A DNA stretch of 64,000 bases from Camelus ferus (lineage: Eukaryota), in assembly GCF_009834535.1 (NCBI RefSeq), contig NC_045697.1:69008001-69072000 (forward strand), in the 5' to 3' direction. Of the stretch, positions 38,220-50,120 are shown one piece after another. Each line of letters opens with the position of its first letter. The stretch's first letter is position 1. The notes under the pieces were generated by a model. That model worked only from the letters and a program-made list of their open reading frames with translations, ran no database searches and was not told the DNA's origin. Made by a program: the position numbers and the translations under genes.

Positions 38220-38425
38220 CAGAGTTTCTCACCTTCTGCAGTACTGACATTCTGGATGAGATAGTTCTTTGTTAGAGGCTGTCCTGTTCATTGTAGGATG
38301 TTTAACAACATCTCTGGCCTCTACCCATTAGCTGCCAGCAGTAGCAGCTCCTTTTCTCTAGTTGCGATGACCGAAATTTTTTCTAGACATTGTCAAATGC
38401 CCCTCCTCCGTTCATAAACATCAGT
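38220..38425 (+). mobile_element. MER20
   Basis: cagagtttctcacctt...actgacattctggatgagatagttctttgtt...ctggcctctacccattag...agacattgtcaaatg. Confidence 0.85.
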
Positions 38426-38429
38426 ATAC

Positions 38430-38880
38430 ATAATATGCCAGGTAGAGTGTTATGAAGTATTATACAGAAAAATGAAGTTGGGTGAAGAGAGACAGAACAG
38501 AGGAAGCCATGTGATATTTTCAGCAGGATAGTAAGGTAAGGTCTCTTACTTACCTCCTTTCAGAGGTCTCTGAAAGCATGACATTTGAGCAGCGACTTGA
38601 GTAGAGAGAAGAGAATTCCAAGCAGAAGGAACAGGGAGATCAAAGACCTTGAACCCTGAATACATCTGGCATGGTTAAAGAATGGCGAAAAAGCCACCAC
38701 AGTAAGAGTAGAGTGAGAGAGAAGGGGTGTAGATTGATAGATGAGGTCAGAGAGGAAACCAGGACACAGATCTTTTAGGGTCTCATAGGCCATGGTAAGA
38801 AGTTTGTAGTTTCTTTGGATAAAATGGAAAACCAAAGGAGTGATTTGTGAGAAGACCGATATGATACATTTTGTATTAAC
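38430..38880 (-). mobile_element. L2 remnant
   Basis: gacatttgagcagcgacttga...gaattccaagcagaaggaacagg...ggccatggtaagaagtttg, an L2 antisense pattern. Confidence 0.75.
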
Positions 38881-39592
38881 AGGAAAAAAGGAGTAAAAAT
38901 AGCTAAGAAGCTTATGAAAAAATAATCAACTTCATTTGTAATTAATTCAAAGGACTTTAAAAAATTGATATGCCATTTTTTTTTCACCTAGGATATTAGC
39001 AAAGATTAAAAAGTTGAAACATCCAGTGATGATGAATCTTTAGGGAAACAGGAACATTCCTCTGCTTTTACTGGAGTAAAATGGTACAACTTCTTTGGAA
39101 GACAATTTGTTAATACCTATTAAAACTTAAAAAATGATGCAACTGCACTTAAAAGGAACTTAACATACAGATCTACTCCATAAATGTATAAAAAACATTA
39201 TAAAATTACCTCTTTCAGCATTGTTTAAAATACCAAAAACTCAATCCATGTTCACTAACATTGGACTAATTGTGTAAATTATAGAAAATCTATATAATAG
39301 AAGCTGTACAGCAATCAAAAAGTTTAAGATAGATCTAAATAGGCCTATATGGAAAGATCTCAGAAAAAAAGTTGTTAGTTTGAAGAAAAAAGTTACAAAC
39401 AAATGCAGCTTATAGTATAATTCCATTGTTATTTAAAAGAATAAAAAAGGCATATGTGTGTTTGCTTTAAGGATATTCATTTTCTATATATCTGGTTCCA
39501 ATTAACTGATCTGTTTCCTATACTTTTCACTGAACATAATACAGGATGATTACTAATGAATGGTTCCTTTTGCTTACATGCTTGATTTTTTT

Positions 39593-40050
39593 TTTAGTTG
39601 AAATATAGTCAGTTTACAATGTTGTGTCAATTTCTGATGTACAGCACAATGTTTCAGTCATACATACACATACATATATTCCTTTTCATATTCTTTTTCA
39701 TTATAGGTTACTATAAGATATTGAATATAGTTCCCCATGCTATATAGTAAAAACTTGTTGTCTATTTTATGTATAATAGTATCTGCAAATCTCGAACTCT
39801 CAATTTATCCCTTCCCTACCTTCTTTCCCCCACTGGTAACCATAACTTTGTTTTCTATGTCTGTGAGTCTATTTCTGTTTTGTAAATAAGTTCATGTCTT
39901 TTTTTTAGATTCCACATATAAGTGACATCATATGGTGTTTTCTTTCTCTTTCTGGCTTACTTCACTTACTATGATGATCTCCCGGTCCACCCATGTTGCT
40001 GCAAATGGCATTATTTTATTATTTTTTGTGACTGAATAGTATTCCACTGA

Positions 40051-40096
<46 letters not shown>

Positions 40097-40702
40097 CACA
40101 ACTTCTTTATCTATTTATCTGTCAGTGGCCATTTAGGTTGTTTCCATGTCTTGGATTTTGTAAACAGTGCTGCTATGTACATTGGGGTGCATGTATCTTT
40201 TTAAATTAGAGTTCCCTCCAGATATATGCCGAGGAGTACGATTGCTGAATCATATGATAAATCTGTTTTTAGTTTTTTAAGGAATCTTCATGCTGTTTTC
40301 CATAATGGCTGCACCAAACGACATTCCCACCAACACTGTAGGAGGGTTCCCTTTTCTCCACAACATCTCTAACATTTATCTTTCGTGGACTTTTGATTAT
40401 GACCATTCTGACTGGTGTGAGGTGGTACCACCCTGTAGTTTTGACTTGCATTTCTCTGATAATTGGCAGTATTGAGCATTTTTTCATGTGCCTGTTGGCC
40501 ATTTGTATGTCTTCATTGGAGAATTGCTTGTTTAGGTCTTCTGTCTGATTTTGGATTGGGCTGTTTGGTTTTTTTGTTATTAAGTTGTTAGAGCTGTTTA
40601 TAAATTCTGGCAATTAAGCCCTTGTCAGCTGCATCATTTGCAAATATTTTCTCCTATTCTGTAGGTTGTCTTTTTGTTTTGTTTACAGTTTCCTTTGCTG
40701 TG
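39593..40702 (-). mobile_element. Camelid-type L1 3' fragment with intact TSD; contains (TA)n at ~40052-40093
   Basis: 16-bp TSD CATGCTTGATTTTTTT (39577-39592 / 40703-40718). ORF 40269-40613(-) shows L1 ORF2 motifs ([14 protein letters not shown]). Confidence 0.93.
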
Positions 40703-43700
40703 CATGCTTGATTTTTTTGAAATTTGTTTATTTTGTAGATATATATTGAGAGATTCTGCTTTTTTAAGGTATTATATTTGTTACATTTATATTTTAATAT
40801 AATTTCATAATAAATATATTAATAATTCTAAAAGTAGAAATTCTATGTACTAGTATATGTATAGAAAATTCTGGAGGGATACATAAGAAACTGTTAACAA
40901 TGGTTATCTCTGGAGAGTGGAACTGGAAGTGAATGGTGTAGGAGACTTTACATTTCATTTCATGTCTCTAAGTACTCATTTATGATTTTTATGTGCATAT
41001 TTTCTATAATATTCATAATAATTTAAATTACAGCAAAAGAATACAGTCCTCTAGAATACCAGTGCCATTCCATAAGTCTCTACTCCAGTGGCTTTGAACC
41101 CCTCTCTTCTAGGCCAGTCTCCCATTCCTGGTGCAGGCAATGATAACAGATTTGGTTTTCCCCATTTTTATTCTCATTTCTCTGCCTCCCTTCACATTTG
41201 GTTTGGCTCCTGCTTCTCCCAGCTCTCCAGGTGGCCACTTCATGTGATTTAACCTGTGGTCTATCTGCTTGCTTAAATGGCACTCAAACCTGAAAAAGGG
41301 TCAGACCAAAGTTTCATAAACTACAAGAACAAGTAACATTATCACTTAGGAAGAGCTAATGTTAAAAAAAAAAAGTAGTAGTATTTAATAGAAATAAACT
41401 TCATTAAAATGCTCAATAATTGTACCATATCTAATTTAGTGTTAAAGATAAAAAACTGGTTGCTATTCTTGTCATGCTTTTCTTACGAAATTAGAACATT
41501 ATTATGGATCTCATATGGTTTAGAGCTGGGTGAGCAGATGCATGCCTAGCTCGGATTTGCTCATATCATACAACAAACATAACAATTACAAGATAGTAGA
41601 TGAAATTGGTCATTATTTCCTTACTGGCCTTCAATGGGCCCACTTTTGGTGCCCCACAGATCAAAGAATATATGGAAATTTTTTTTTCATATTGACTTGG
41701 AGCCATATGTAGTTTGCAAGGGAGAATTTCTTATTTATTTATTACCCACCTCCACCCCCATGGTTGGCTTCCTCTCACCATTCTTAGACACCACTTTCTT
41801 GGCCATTTACTCTCACCTCTCAAGTGAGTTGAATACTTTTCATCTCTGTTGCTATGATCGTTTACCCTGAGTTGTTAACACATAGCCAATAATAAATTAT
41901 GACATTCCTGACATTTTCACAAGGAGTAGAACAGTGTATATAGGTGTACACGTCAATTTTGTTGATGTCCAAACTCATTTCATGCTTTTTCTAACCTTTA
42001 TTTTTTGTCTTTATAGATAACATCTATTTCTGAGCAGAGTTTTCTAGATAAAAACTTCCTGATTTGTTGACATCTTCTGGCTGAATAACTGTCAGATTCC
42101 CACTTGGCCTTTATACTTTCTTCAGCTCCAAGTGGATAAACACTAAATGGAAAAAAAACCCAGATCTTGAGAACTAACCTAAATACCATTTTCTTCCTAC
42201 TCTGCCAGTATCAGGAGTGGCATTGCAGTTCCAATTAATAAATGTGGTTTGCTGCAGCCAAAACACACTTTTTTTTCAGTAATTATTTTAAGACAATATT
42301 AAAATGACTATTCATGTACCCTACTTCTTAAAGACAAATGAGAAAAACTGTATCTATAAAACTGTCTCAAAAGCTAATTTGATTAAATCCTATTTGACAT
42401 TTTAATTACAGAATTAGAGTTATTACTATGGAAAACATATTTTTCAATTGCCTGAGTCCAGAGCCTTCTGGAAAGGGAAGATTGCTATGGTGATCATTAT
42501 TGTGGTTTGCTGGGCCTGTCAGATAATGGCATTCCCCATCATCCTTGCACCTAGTGATTGACTGTCTTTGCCTTCAGGTTTTGAACATTTGGACAGATTT
42601 TAGCAGTGTCTTCTCTACTTCATGATCTACCCTTTCATTATTTCCTTCCATTACAAAAATCTTAAGAAATCTCTTTTGCCAAAGCACATTCAGGTTCTAC
42701 GCAGAATTCTCCTACTTGCTATGGTTTTAAAATGTGCTTATAGACCAGCACAGACAGGTGATTAACACACGGCTTATTCCTCAGGATTTTTTATTTATAT
42801 TTCTTCAAATAATGTGTTAGTTCCTTATTTTATCAATTTTGTAAATTTGAAGTTTCATATATTGAATGATGAATGATATCTACTATGAATAATATTTCAC
42901 ATATAGTAAACCTCACTATTAATGTAGAAAGCATGACATATTAGCAACAAAATGATTTAATTAATATTCAGTCAGCCTTAAGAAAACTGCTACCTATTTT
43001 TAATGTGGAGATCTATTTTATCTAAGATGTAAAAGGAAAAGACTGAAATTTTGCTTACTAGCATAATAATTGTTGGAAAGTGATAATAATACTGTGTAAA
43101 TTTTTCAAAAATATGATTACATGAGAATTTGTATGTTTTTAACATTTTAAAAACAGGTTCTTAAATTAAAGATACATGCATTTGCAATATGGATGGAAAG
43201 TTTCTAGAAATCTAATTTTAACTACCTGCTTTGTAATCTGTATATTTTGTGATCAAATATAATTATTGATAATTACTAATAAATAGGTAACTCATCAATT
43301 TTTTGCTTACTGAATAGTCATATTATCAGCTCTGACAAAGTATAATTATATAATTATCACATTATATTTAGTTTCTTATTTTCAAGTACCTTTATAAAAC
43401 AGAGTCTCTAAAGCTAAAAATAAAAGCAAAAGCATGATTTTGAGCCAGATCTTTTTCCTCTATATGCCTCATGTATGTTCTCCTCCTAGATCTTCCGTTG
43501 AAATGTGACAGGAAAGAAAAAAGATGGAAAAGGAAAGCAATAGAAAGATATCAAAATTTTACTGCAGCTGTTTCAAATTATTGTAAAGTCAATTCACCAA
43601 CTTCAAAAAAACAGTGATAGGAAGTGGTGAGAAAAGAGATCAGATAGAATAAGGGAACAGAGGTTTGAATGACAGGCTAAGAAACCTGAATTTAATTCTA

Positions 43701-44196
43701 CAAGTAAAAGAAAGTTAATGAAATTTCCTGATTAGAGCATTGACATAATAAATATTATCTTTGCAAAGATTAATCTGAAACTGTCACAAATTAACAGGCG
43801 TCAAAAGAGATGGAAAACAAAAGGATATAGGAATCTAGTTATAGTCATCCTAGCCTGAGGTCCTAACTGCCTGAAGTAAAGTAGTTGTTATGCACAGGCA
43901 GATAGCATTTAAGAAATATTACAAAGAAGAAATGGGCAGAGGTTTCAGACTGATTGGTATGGGTAACAAATGAGAGGGAAAGATAAAAAAGACTCTCAGG
44001 CAATGGGCTTATTTATTAGGGCATCAAAGCTTAAAAAAAATATATATATTTATATAAGGACATCTTTTTAAGAAAGTCATAGACACCTACAGAAGAGTAA
44101 CTAAAAAATCCAACAATGGAGAGAAATACATGCTACCAAACAATTACCATTAATTCGATAATGCTTTTAGATGAAATTGCATTTTATGAATCACAA

Positions 44197-44317
44197 TAGC
44201 CATATGTCTGTTTATATTGTGCACTGTTCAACTTTTCTGCATATTGACATTGATATGAATGCTACCCCAAGCATTGTTCAGTGCACAATCTACCCTACTG
44301 TACAGTGTCCATGGCTA
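44197..44317. mobile_element. Small palindromic MITE, MER91-like (hAT-Tip100)
   Basis: Inverted repeats TAGCCAT/ATGGCTA (44197-44203, 44311-44317) and ATTGTGCACTG/CAGTGCACAAT (44216-44226, 44279-44289). Confidence 0.55.
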
Positions 44318-44608
44318 CAGCATCTCTACATCTTTGGAAACAATTGAGCAAAACTTGAGGACACCTATTTATTCAGTTCTCAGTTACTATCGAATTCAAA
44401 ATGGTTTCAGGGATGCTTTGCAAAGACTGCTTAATTCCCCAGGGGACAGTCATCCTTAGATTGGCTACCAATAGGAGGAAGAGAAACAGGAGGATTATAT
44501 TGCTGCAAACAATGATGGGAAAGTTTACAGAAAGGACTCTTCTCCCCACCAAATCCCAGTCTTTCTGCTTTCTAAGGTATCATATGGGCTAAGGATTATC
44601 TCCTACAT

Positions 44609-45064
44609 AGTATGTTTCCTAAGACTGCTATAAAATAATTACTGCAAACTTGGTGGCTTAAAACAACAGAAATTTTTTTCTCTCAGAGTTTCGGAGGTCA
44701 GAAGCAAGCCCCAAATCAAATTGTCTACAGGGTCATGCTCCCTCTGAAGTCTCTAGGGAAAAATTCTTGCTTGCTTCCAGCTTCTGGTAACTCCCAGCAG
44801 TTCTTTGCATTCCTTGGCTTTTAGCTGTGTTATTTCAATCTCTACCTCTATCTTCACACAGCCTTCTCTGTATGTCTCTGTGTTTATTCACCTCTTCTTC
44901 TAAGGACACTTGACATTGGAGTTAGGGCCCACTCTAACCCAGTAAGATCTCATATCAAGATCCTTAACTAATTACATCTGCAAAGACCCTATTTCCAAAT
45001 TAGGTTACATTCTTAGATTCTCAGTGGATGTGAATCTTGGGGGAATGCTATTGAACCCACTACA
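44609..45064 (-). mobile_element. MLT1B/C-like MaLR LTR
   Basis: aaacttggtggcttaaaacaacagaaattt...tacatctgcaaagaccctatttccaaat...ctattgaacccactaca. Confidence 0.88.
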
Positions 45065-46859
45065 CATACCTAACGAAAAAACCTAAATATTTCACAGGCA
45101 TCCTCTTACATCTTTTAAAGGAAATGTTACATTTTTACAGCTGCTGAGTTTTGCAAAGGTAAAGAAACAATATGTTCTGATTCTGAAGCTCAAATAGGGA
45201 AACAATAGCCACAAGATTACACTGGGAGTAGGTTAAAGCAAACATGTTTTGATTGAACAAAACAGCACAGAGCATTAAAGAAAAGGCAAGGTCTCCAAGT
45301 TCTCACTTTAGCCTCTTGAGAACACAGCCTTCCCCTGAGTGGTGGCTTTTACATGCATACCTTTCCCTACTTGTGATAGACAAGTTCTGCTTTTATTTCA
45401 CTATGAAAGAAGGAAATGAAGGAAAGAAGATAGGACATAATTTCACAAGCTTATTATCTGACTTTCTTTTCATAAAACAAAAGCCTTTTATTTTGTTTTT
45501 AATTGATGTTTAAATTGTACAATTAGTTGCTGTCTTAATCTTTCCTTTCTTTCTCTAGTTCAGCATATTCATTCATTGAAGCCTGATTAGAATATTTTAT
45601 CTAAAACACTCTCATTGTTTATTAATGTAGAATAGAATGTGTGGGATTTTTTAAATATTAGTTTTTGATTCTTTTTGAAGTTTGTATAAAGTCATGGATT
45701 TTTTTTAAAAAACACACCACAATTTCTTTTCTAACATGAATTCTTTATCCTTTGCATAAAAAATAGAAAAGAGATAAAGTGAGAAAGGATTTCAGATTTA
45801 TAAAACTCTTTGTTCTTACTCTTTGTTGCTTTCACATTTTCATGTAGCAAATTAAAGGAAAAATTATATTATTGTAGGAATTCGATAATCTTTTCCTATG
45901 TAATACTAAATTTGTTCTATCTAAATTAAATGACGAGAAGAAATATGTTTAGCCAGAATAATAGGGTCTGTTGGTAAAGAGATGTGTGAAATTCTGCTCT
46001 TGCCATTGAAGTGCTGAACAAACCAGTGGTAAAGAAATAATTATAATTTTATTAATGTGATGCATGCTACTGTGGTGATATTTACATACTGCTATGACAT
46101 TACGGAAGACAAGTTGGTCGAAGAAGGCTTCTCTGGGAGATGACATTTGAGCTAAATCTGGAAGGATAAAAGACTGCCAGGCAGAGAATACGCTGGAGAA
46201 GGATGTTCTAGGCAAAATAAACAGCTGTGCTAATTCATGGAGTATGTTGTACTCAGAAAATGTTAAGAAATTTATTGTGTCTAAAAAAATAGGATTTGTG
46301 TAGCAGATAGAGCATAGCAGGAAATGAGGATAAGATGATAAAGCAGATTGTAGTATATGTATATGTATATGTAGTAAGGATAATATTTTTAGAAATACTA
46401 AATCAGTGCATTTTAATGTCCCCATTAAAGCACGTTCCTTTGCATTCTTGAATGTCCAAAGTCAAGCTGTGAGGCTTAGCATGTCATGGTAGGAGAAATA
46501 CTGTAAAATAAAATAAACTTTGATTAGCTTTAAGTCTTAAAGTAGACTTTCTTAACTTTTTTAGAAAGATGGTAATTGAGAGAGCCAGGTTTTGTAAGAG
46601 AGAGAAAAGGATTTACTAATTTCCTTGATCCCTCCCCTTAATACTTCAAAGCCAGCCTATACCATTTGTGTAAAGGTGAGTCAATTCAGGCAGGAAGGTT
46701 AAGTCAGAAAATTCTGCCTCTTTCAGTCTCATACATTATACAGAAAGACAAGAAATAGGGAGAGTGACACCTGGAGGATGTCTCCTCTTTCCTCCCGGTT
46801 TCTGCGGTGAGCAGAGGGGCTGCAGGTGGAAGGTGGCGCATGAGAGAGAAAGGCATTTA

Positions 46860-47816
46860 CTGATTCATTTATTTTTAATTTTTTAAACTGAAATGTAGTT
46901 GATTTACAATATTGTGTTAGTTTCAGGTGTACAGCAAAGTGATTGAGTTATATACCTTTTTTCAGATTCTTACTCATTATAGGTTATTACAAGTTATCGA
47001 ATATAATGCCCTGTATTATACAGTAAATCTTTTTGCTTATTTAATTTATATATAAAATTTGTAACAGTTAATTGGTATCTGTTAACCCCAGACTCCTGAT
47101 TTATCCTTCCCCACCCTTTCTCCTTTAGTAACCATAAGTTTGTTTTCTATGTCTGTGAGTCTGTTTCTATTTTGCATATAGATCCATTTGTATCATTTTT
47201 TTAGATTCCACATACAAGTGATATCATATAATATTTGTCTTTCTTTGTCTGACTTACTTCACTTATTATGAGAATCTCTAGGTCCATCCATGTTGCTGTA
47301 AGTGGCAGTATCTGATTCTTTTTTAAGGCTAAGTAATATTCATGTATATATCTATCTATCTACATATATAGATAGATAGATAGATAGATAGATATCTCAT
47401 CTCTTCTTTATCCATTCATCTGTTGATGGACACTTAGGTTGTTTCCATGTCCTGGCTATTATAAATAGTGCTGCTATGAACATGGGGATGCATTATTTTT
47501 TCAAAGTAGAGTTTTCATCTTTTCTGGATGTGTGCCCAAGAGTGGGACTGGTGGGTCATGTGGTAGTTCTATTTTTAGTTTTTTAAGGAACCTCTATACT
47601 GTTTTCCATACTGGTTGCACCAATTTATATCCCCACCAAGAGTGTAGAAGGGTTCCCTTTTCTCCACATCCGCTCCAGCATTTATTATTGTAGACTTTTG
47701 GATGGTGGCCATTCTAAATGATGTGAGGTGATACCTCATTGTGGTTTTGATTTGCATTTCTCTAATAATTAGCAATATTGAACATCTTTTCATGTACCTG
47801 TTGGCCATCTGTATGT
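46860..47816 (-). mobile_element. Artiodactyl-type L1 3' fragment; contains (GATA)n at ~47368-47395
   Basis: L1 antisense 3' UTR/ORF2 (ORF 47575-47829: [10 protein letters not shown]...); degenerate TSD gagagaaaggcattta / gagacaagggcattta. Confidence 0.9.
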
Positions 47817-48299
47817 GAGACAAGGGCATTTAGAAACATCGGAACAGAAATGATCAAGACCAAGAACATTGGCTCTAGGGACTCATTCCTTAGGAGCAGC
47901 ACTGGGGAGGCCACTCTCCTGGGAGATCCCCACCCTTCACTCAGTACAATGTCCAACATGGCATGGGAACCATGGTGTGGAGATGGGGATGGGTGATGGC
48001 CACATAAATACACCTGAGGCATATCTCCTGCCTGCTCATGGCCTATGTATGTCCTCCAGGGACCCCAGAAGTTCCTGAATGCTTTAGAGAAGGAGCCTGA
48101 AAGTGCTGAGAGTACCAGTAGACCAGTGTAGCCTGGGATCATAGAAAGAACATTGTGAGCAAACTTAAAGGCTCAGGTCAAATGACCAGGCTCCAGCAGT
48201 GGATGCCACCATATCACCCCAAAAGTTGTACCTCGATGCTTACCTGTCCAAGGAGAATCCAGCCTTTTCATAGCAGAAATTAGCTAATCATCCAACTAA

Positions 48300-49130
48300 C
48301 ATGTATTTTTTGAGTAGCCAGATGTTTTGATGTGAGGATACAGAGATGAAAAAGACAGGGGGAAATTTCTGATGAAGTGATTTTTGTCTTGAGCCCTGAA
48401 CAGTGAGGAGGAGGCAGCACATGCAGATCTGGAGGAAGGTCTGAAGCTGGCTAGACCACTATGAAGGAGGCAGACAGTGGCAGGAGATGAAGTAAGAGAG
48501 GGAGGCAGAGGGAGAAGATATAGGCTATGCAGGCCTTGGTAGAGAGCTTGGATTTTATTCTGATTCCAGTGGGGAATCATGAAGGAGAGTGAAATGATCT
48601 GATTTACCTGTTAGAAAGATAATTCCAGGAGCTGTGTGAAGGGTAGAGTGTAAGGGACAAAAGTGAAAACAGGGAGGCTAGTCAGGAAGCAATTTTAGTG
48701 GTTCAAATGAGAGATGACAGTAGCTTAGTTATAACAGCAGAAATATTGACTTTCTGCTGTCAGACCTGGCCTGTATTTGGAAGTAGAGCCAATAGATCTT
48801 GCTGATGGATCACACTGAGATGTGAGGCAAAGAGAGGAATGGAGACTGATGGTTTGAGCAACTGGGGTACAGTGGCCATTTCTGATATGGGGAAGGTTCA
48901 ATGGGAGATGAGTGGATTTGGGGAGAGGTGGAATCAAGAGTCTTCTCTTGGCCATGTTAAGTTGGAGATGCCACTAGACATCCAAGTGAAGATACCAACT
49001 TGGGAGATGGATATACCAGTCCAGAGCAGGGCAACTGACAGTTGGAGATGAGACATTAGTCTTCAGGTTATCTGCAGCATATGAATGGATTTAAAGCCCA
49101 GGGGCAGGAGGAGGTCATCTAGATAGGGAA
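48300..49130 (-). mobile_element. L2 remnant
   Basis: Well-recognisable L2 antisense body (ggattttattctgattccagtgggga...ggaagtagagccaatagatcttgctgatggat...ttggccatgttaagttggagatgccactagacatccaagtgaagat). Confidence 0.85.
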
Positions 49131-49619
49131 CAATGAACTCCTCCCTTCACCATCACCAGATCCTGTACCACCCTCTCTTCCTAGCTCAGAGACTCAGAGA
49201 GTAATAGTGGAGAGAGAAGAAATCTGAGACACTGACATATTTATCCAAATGGATGTTTAAATTTTTTTTTACTGGATTACATTTATAGGTTTAGATTAAA
49301 AATTTTTTTAATTTTCTTTTCCCTAGTACACAAGTAAGGACTTAACAGATAAGCCCTAGAGAAAATTTTAAAATTTCATTTTCTTTGACCACATGAGTAT
49401 AGTGTGAATAAACCTGAGATATATAATCATAATCTTCATATATAATTTTAAATACAATTATAATTTTAAATTCTTATGATAAATAAATATGTGTTCCTGT
49501 TACTCTCCTGAAATGAAATTCATGGATAATAAAACTGACTTACACATGATTTCAAAAAATCAATATGACATTTAATGTCATGTAAGAGAAATAAAAATAT
49601 TTATATTAAAATAGTATGT

Positions 49620-50120
49620 ATTTCAGTAGGTCAATGCTTGTGCACAACTAAACTGGAAAGGAAAACATGAAGCAGTCAGATGCCTGCATCTATGTATAGA
49701 TGCACCACGAATGTGATAGCCACACGTGTGGGTGTGTTTTTGGCAATTCAAATACCTCAAGCAGCATCCGCCATCAGTGACATGTTTCTCCAAAATGGCA
49801 AACAACTTTTGTAAAGTTCTGAACAAAACTAAATACATACTTCCCTCAATTTACACAATATAGCCATTCCTGTAAAACATCTATTTAAATGCTTATATGT
49901 TTCCCACTTACATGAATTTCTTGGGAGTCATTTAAAAGTTGTGCAAGACATGAAATAATTTTTTCTTAAGCAAGACTATCCATGCATTGTAGAACATCTA
50001 GCCTCCCTGGCGCCTGCCCAGCAAAAACCAGTAGTACTCCCAATTCTGTGACAGTCCAAAATGCACCCACAAATTTGCAAATATCCTTAGGAAGCAGTAT
50101 TATTCCCAATAAGGACCACT
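49620..50120. mobile_element. hAT-Charlie family DNA transposon remnant
   Basis: MER20-related subterminal sequence (gcattgtagaacatctagcctccctgg...ccagtagtactccc...tgtgacagtccaaaatg...aggaccact). Confidence 0.5.

Noticed and set aside
45949..46425. 158-aa minus-strand ORF
   Set aside because: Overlaps a decayed L2 remnant; no recognisable domain or splice context.
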